A DNA stretch of 64,000 nucleotides from Brevundimonas sp. (GTDB taxonomy: Bacteria; Pseudomonadota; Alphaproteobacteria; Caulobacterales; Caulobacteraceae), in the NCBI RefSeq assembly GCF_051858995.1, contig NZ_JBHYGN010000014.1, positions 12,468 through 76,467 on the forward strand, read 5' to 3'. A program made the position numbers and the translations under genes. This document shows positions 57,289-64,000 of the stretch, piece by piece (the first letter of the stretch is position 1; each line of letters opens with the position of its first letter). The notes under the pieces were generated by a model that saw nothing but the letters and a program-made list of their open reading frames with translations, was not told where the DNA came from and searched no databases.

Positions 57289-58332
57289 TCACCCCATCAG
57301 CGCGGGATCGAGGAATTTCAGGTTCTCCTCGCGCACCTTCGCCCCCGCCTCGTCGTAGAGGAAGGGCAGGAAGGCGAAGCGTTCGCCGCGGGTGACCGAG
57401 GTCGCCTCGTGCAGGACCGAGCAGGAGAAGACGCAGGCGCCGCCGGGGGGCGGGCGGTAGGTGCGGTCGCCGAACTCGGGGAAGCGCAGGTCGCCGCCCT
57501 CATAGTCGCTGTTCAGATTGATCGAGACGGCGAAACGACGGTGGGCGGTGCCCTTGGTGGTGTTGTCGCGGTGCGGGCGGAAATAGCCGCCGGTCTCCGA
57601 ATCGTAGCGGGCGACCAGATAGCGTTCGATCCGCGTCGGCTTGAAATTGAAGGCCTTTTCGATCTGCGGGATCAGGCGGCGGTTGAGGCGGGCGACGACC
57701 TGTTTCTGCAGGAGTTCGTCCTCGACGATGACGTCCGAGCGGCGCTTGTGCTGGGCGTTCATCATCAGGGTGGTGACGCCGTCGATCTCGCGCATGAAGC
57801 CCGAGGGCTCGCCGCCGATCTGGCGGTACAGCTCGATCAGCTTGTCGCAGAAGCCCGGTTCGAAGATGCGCGGAGTGACCAGAACGGGGGCGGTGGCCTC
57901 GAAGCCGCCGTGGCGAGCGGGAGGGGGCAGGGCGGAGACGCGGTCCGTGAGCGCCTCGGCCGTGTCGGCGTCCACGGCGCCCATGACGTGCAGGGCCGGA
58001 TCGATCAGGAACCAGCGCTCGGCGTCGCGTGCGCCGTAGAGGCTGGCGATCTCGCCGTCCTCGTCGAACAGGAAACGCAGGCCGGGCAGACCATCCTGGC
58101 GGTGTTCGCGGGCCCCGTCCTTGCCGACGATCAGGACGAACGCGCTGGCGTGGATGTCGTCGAAGGCCGCGCGCCGGGCCTCGAGGAGGGCGATGGCGCG
58201 CTCGACCGCTGGACCCGCCGGGACGACGGCGAGCAGCAGGTAGCGGCCCGCCGCGGTGTCGAAGACGTAGCGCGGATTGCTGACGCCTTGGGTTGAGAAG
58301 GTCGGGGCGGGGTCGCCGAAAAGCAGGGCCAT
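57289..58332 (-). CDS. Redoxin-like domain fused to a 2OG-Fe(II) oxygenase
   Basis: GDPAPTF N-terminus; HRD, H(EAT) and R ligands of the 2OG-Fe(II) fold. Confidence 0.8.
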   Translation of the reverse strand: MALLFGDPAPTFSTQGVSNPRYVFDTAAGRYLLLAVVPAGPAVERAIALLEARRAAFDDIHASAFVLIVGKDGAREHRQDGLPGLRFLFDEDGEIASLYGARDAERWFLIDPALHVMGAVDADTAEALTDRVSALPPPARHGGFEATAPVLVTPRIFEPGFCDKLIELYRQIGGEPSGFMREIDGVTTLMMNAQHKRRSDVIVEDELLQKQVVARLNRRLIPQIEKAFNFKPTRIERYLVARYDSETGGYFRPHRDNTTKGTAHRRFAVSINLNSDYEGGDLRFPEFGDRTYRPPPGGACVFSCSVLHEATSVTRGERFAFLPFLYDEAGAKVREENLKFLDPALMG

Positions 58333-58377
58333 GCCGCTACGATGCGCGGCATGGCTCCGTTATTTCAAGTGCGGGGA

Positions 58378-58944
58378 TCAGGCGGCGGGCTGGAAGACAC
58401 CGCAGGCGACACGGGGGCCGGCGCCGCCGATGGGCTGGCTGACGTAGTCGTCGGGGTTGGCGTGGACGACGAAGGACAGGCCGTTGCCGTCGACATAGTC
58501 ATCCTCGTGGGCGTCCAGACCCTCCCAGGCCAGATAGACGTCAGCGTTCGCCGTGCCGTCGGCGTGGGCGAAGACGTTCTGCAGGTCGCCAAGGTCCGGA
58601 CCGCCGTCCTTGTTGAGCAGGCCGTGGGGACGAGCGCCCTCCGCGTGGTTCACGTGACCGCCCGCCGAGGTAAAGCCGGGGGCTTCGCAGCTGCCGACGG
58701 CGTGCAGGTGGACGGCGTGCCAGCCCGGGGTCCAGCCCTTGCCCTCGACGCGGAAGATCATGCCCATGGGGCCTTCGAAGCCGGTGACCACGCCCGCGTC
58801 GGCGCCGTCGGCGGTCTTGAGCGCGGCGGTGACCACAGTCTGCGGGGGAGGGGCCGGGGCGGGAGCCGCGGCCTGGGCCAGAGCCCCGGCGGCGCCCATC
58901 AGGACGGGGGCGGCGATGAGGGCGGCGAGGAGGCGCTGGCGCAT
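58378..58944 (-). CDS. sodC: Periplasmic Cu/Zn superoxide dismutase family protein
   Basis: Signal peptide; HAVHLH, SAGGH, HG, GDL, VVHANPDD, RVACG. Confidence 0.88.
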   Translation of the reverse strand: MRQRLLAALIAAPVLMGAAGALAQAAAPAPAPPPQTVVTAALKTADGADAGVVTGFEGPMGMIFRVEGKGWTPGWHAVHLHAVGSCEAPGFTSAGGHVNHAEGARPHGLLNKDGGPDLGDLQNVFAHADGTANADVYLAWEGLDAHEDDYVDGNGLSFVVHANPDDYVSQPIGGAGPRVACGVFQPAA

Positions 58945-59068
58945 GGTTGAAAATCCCTGTGTATCAAGCCTGAGAAGGGCGCGTCCGTTTTGCTTACCGA
59001 CGCCCTGGATGCTAGAAAACCGGATAGCGGATCACGTTCCGATTCCGGCCATTTAAAGCCCGATTTCC

Positions 59069-61840
<2,772 letters not shown>

Positions 61841-61891
61841 TTGCGCCCGGCCGCGTCGCCGTCGCATGCTCCCCCCTGTTTTCGGGGGGAG

Positions 61892-62710
61892 ATGACCGTG
61901 CCGCGTATCCTGCTGTTTCTGCTGACCCTGCTTCTGGCGGGGTGCGCCCTGCCGAAGGTCGATCCTGAGCGCGAGGCCCAGACGGATCACGTCTATCAGA
62001 TGATGCGCCGGGGCGACGCGGCGGGCCTGTCGGCGCTGGCGACGCCCGCCCTGCGCCAGAATGACCTGAACGCGGGTCTGCCGCAGATGCGGATGCATCT
62101 GCAGACGAGCGAGCCGACCGGCGCGCGCACCCTCGGCTGGACGTCGAACCAGGTGAACGCCGACGTCGCCTATGAGGTGGTGCGGCTCTACAGCCACCCG
62201 GAAGGCGAGGTGCAGGCCAAGGTGCTGATGGTCCGCAACGGTGAAGGACCGTGGCAGATCGACGGGATGCATGTGATGCGCGTCACCCCGCAGGGCCGCG
62301 AGGCCTATGACGCCTCGATCGAGGCGGCGAAGTTCACGCTGAACGGCAAGTCGCCGGTCCACTATCTGGTGCTGCTGGGCGCGGTGCTGTCGGCGACGCT
62401 GTGCGTGGTCACGGCGGTGGTGGCGGGCATTCGCCGTCGCTGGGCGTGGATGTTCGGCTGCCTGTTCGGGGTATGCCAGCTGTCGCTGAACTGGACGACG
62501 GGCGCGGTCTTCTTCACGCCGATCCATGTCGCCCTGCTGGGCGCGGGCTTCCTGAAGGGGCTGGGGGCGGCGGATCCGTGGATCCTGTCGGCGGCGATCC
62601 CGCTGCCGGCCATCCTGTTCTGGGCGCTGGCCAAGTGGCGGCCCAAGCCGCCGAAGCGCAAGCCGGAGCCGAAAGCGCCCGACGGGCCGGACATCCGCTG
62701 GGGCGCCTGA
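61892..62710 (+). CDS. Hypothetical lipoprotein with C-terminal multi-TM region
   Basis: Lipobox LLAGC; NTF2/DUF3887-like soluble part; about 3-4 C-terminal TM helices. Confidence 0.65.
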   Translation: MTVPRILLFLLTLLLAGCALPKVDPEREAQTDHVYQMMRRGDAAGLSALATPALRQNDLNAGLPQMRMHLQTSEPTGARTLGWTSNQVNADVAYEVVRLYSHPEGEVQAKVLMVRNGEGPWQIDGMHVMRVTPQGREAYDASIEAAKFTLNGKSPVHYLVLLGAVLSATLCVVTAVVAGIRRRWAWMFGCLFGVCQLSLNWTTGAVFFTPIHVALLGAGFLKGLGAADPWILSAAIPLPAILFWALAKWRPKPPKRKPEPKAPDGPDIRWGA

Positions 62711-63510
62711 TGACCCCGATCCTGCACATCGACGGCGAGCCCGCGACCGCAGAGGCGCTGGCCCCCGTGATCCTGTCGAACTACGGCGCCTTCACCTCGA
62801 TGCAGGTCGAGGACGGGGCGGTGCGCGGGCTGGACATGCATCTGGATCGGCTGGCGCAGGAGGCGCTGAGCCTGTTCGGGCGGGCCGTGCCGGAGGCGCG
62901 GATGCGCGAGCGGATGCGGACGGCGGTCGAGGGGCTGGAGGGACGGCGCAGCCTGCGGGTCCAGCTGTTCCTGGAGACCATCACCCACCGGACGCCGGAC
63001 GCGCTGGGCGTGCCCAGCGTGCTGACCGTGGCAGCGGCGCCGGCCAACCCCCTGTGCGATCCGCTGCGGCTGCAGACCCAGGACTATGCGAGGGAGGCGC
63101 CGGAGCTGAAGCACAACGCCACCTTCGGCCTGACGCGAGCGCGGCGGGCGGCGAAGGCGGCCGGCTTCGATGACGCCCTGTTCGTGGGACCGGATGGCGT
63201 GGTGTCCGAAGGCTCGATCTGGAACATCGGCTTCATCGAGGACGGGCGCGTCATCTGGCCGCGCGCGCCGATGCTGCGCGGCGTGGGGCAGAGGCTGCTG
63301 GAGAACGGGCTGGATCTGGTCGGGCTGGACAGCGAGACGCGGGTCATCGACCGGGCGGCGCTGGCGGGCCTGCGACAGGCCTTCATCTGCAACAGCGCGA
63401 CCCCGGCCTGTCCCGTCGGCAATATCGATGGTCGTTCGCTGGACATTGATCCGGCGCTGATCGACCGGCTGCAGGCGGCCTGGGCGTCGAACGCGCCCCA
63501 GACGATCTAG
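62710..63510 (+). CDS. PLP-dependent aminotransferase class IV (ADC-lyase-like)
   Basis: NYGAFTSMQV, HLDRL, LKH, SEGSIWN, LRGV, AFICNS; TGATG coupling. Confidence 0.8.
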   Translation: MTPILHIDGEPATAEALAPVILSNYGAFTSMQVEDGAVRGLDMHLDRLAQEALSLFGRAVPEARMRERMRTAVEGLEGRRSLRVQLFLETITHRTPDALGVPSVLTVAAAPANPLCDPLRLQTQDYAREAPELKHNATFGLTRARRAAKAAGFDDALFVGPDGVVSEGSIWNIGFIEDGRVIWPRAPMLRGVGQRLLENGLDLVGLDSETRVIDRAALAGLRQAFICNSATPACPVGNIDGRSLDIDPALIDRLQAAWASNAPQTI

Positions 63511-63561
63511 GCCCGTCGTTTCGCACCTGCTAAACGGGATCAAAGCCGGGGGATGACATTG

Positions 63562-64000
63562 ATGCGTATCGGTCTTTATCCGGGCACCTTCGACCCGATC
63601 ACCAACGGGCACATGGACATCATCGGCCGGGCGGTGAAGCTGGTGGACCGGCTGGTCATCGGCGTGGCCCAGAATGATGAGAAGGGGCCCCTGTTCTCGA
63701 CCGCCGAGCGCGTCGAGATGGTGACGGCCGAGGTGGCGAAATTCGGCGACAAGGTCGAGGTTCGGCCCTTCTCGAGCCTGCTGATGCATTTCGCCGAAGA
63801 GCTGGACGCAACGGTGATCGTGCGCGGCCTGCGCGCCGTGGCCGATTTTGAATACGAGTTCCAGATGACGGCGATGAACCAGCGCCTCAATGCCGACATC
63901 GAGACCGTCTTCCTGATGGCCGATCCGCGGCATCAGGCGATCGCCTCGCGGCTGGTCAAGGAAATCGCCCGATTGGGCGGCAATATCGGAAGTTTCGTCA
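63562..64000 (+). CDS. coaD: Phosphopantetheine adenylyltransferase, runs off the right edge
   Basis: YPGTFDPITNGH, RGLRAVADFEYE, ETVFLM. Confidence 0.95.
   Translation, partial: MRIGLYPGTFDPITNGHMDIIGRAVKLVDRLVIGVAQNDEKGPLFSTAERVEMVTAEVAKFGDKVEVRPFSSLLMHFAEELDATVIVRGLRAVADFEYEFQMTAMNQRLNADIETVFLMADPRHQAIASRLVKEIARLGGNIGSFV

Overview
High-GC alphaproteobacterial chromosome segment, very probably Brevundimonas (Caulobacteraceae), judged from gyrA, rcdA, trcR/DUF1013, a DriD-like WYL regulator and the phoR-pstCAB-phoU-phoB order. Most of it is core genome: cytochrome c oxidase subunit IV, opgH, pntAA/AB/B, a ScfR-type regulator with aceA, hslO, ggt, the pho/pst operon, rpsU, purKE, ubiX, rpmE, sodC, gyrA and a partial coaD. 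Single accessory genes are scattered between these. I found no rRNA, tRNA, CRISPR array, transposase, integrase or phage gene. Best leads: (1) an orphan intergenic locus at 1841-2120, where a perfect palindrome is the spacer of two mirror-image sigma70-like promoters and sits beside a structured, terminator-bounded putative sRNA; (2) a DriD-like regulator with a DriD-type box shared with an unknown divergent 73-aa gene; (3) two small membrane ORFs inserted inside the transhydrogenase operon, followed by a tandem pair of paralogous membrane proteins; (4) unusual fusions (OpgC-type acyltransferase-DUF998, SerB-SerA, CVNH-like-beta/gamma-crystallin, SDR with an ElaB-like tail); (5) a doubly frameshifted small gene, a probable CTG start for rpsU, a REP/REPIN-like repeat family, and GyrA Ala83/Met87. 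All family assignments come from motif recognition by eye, not database searches. Many start codons were re-chosen relative to the ORF track.
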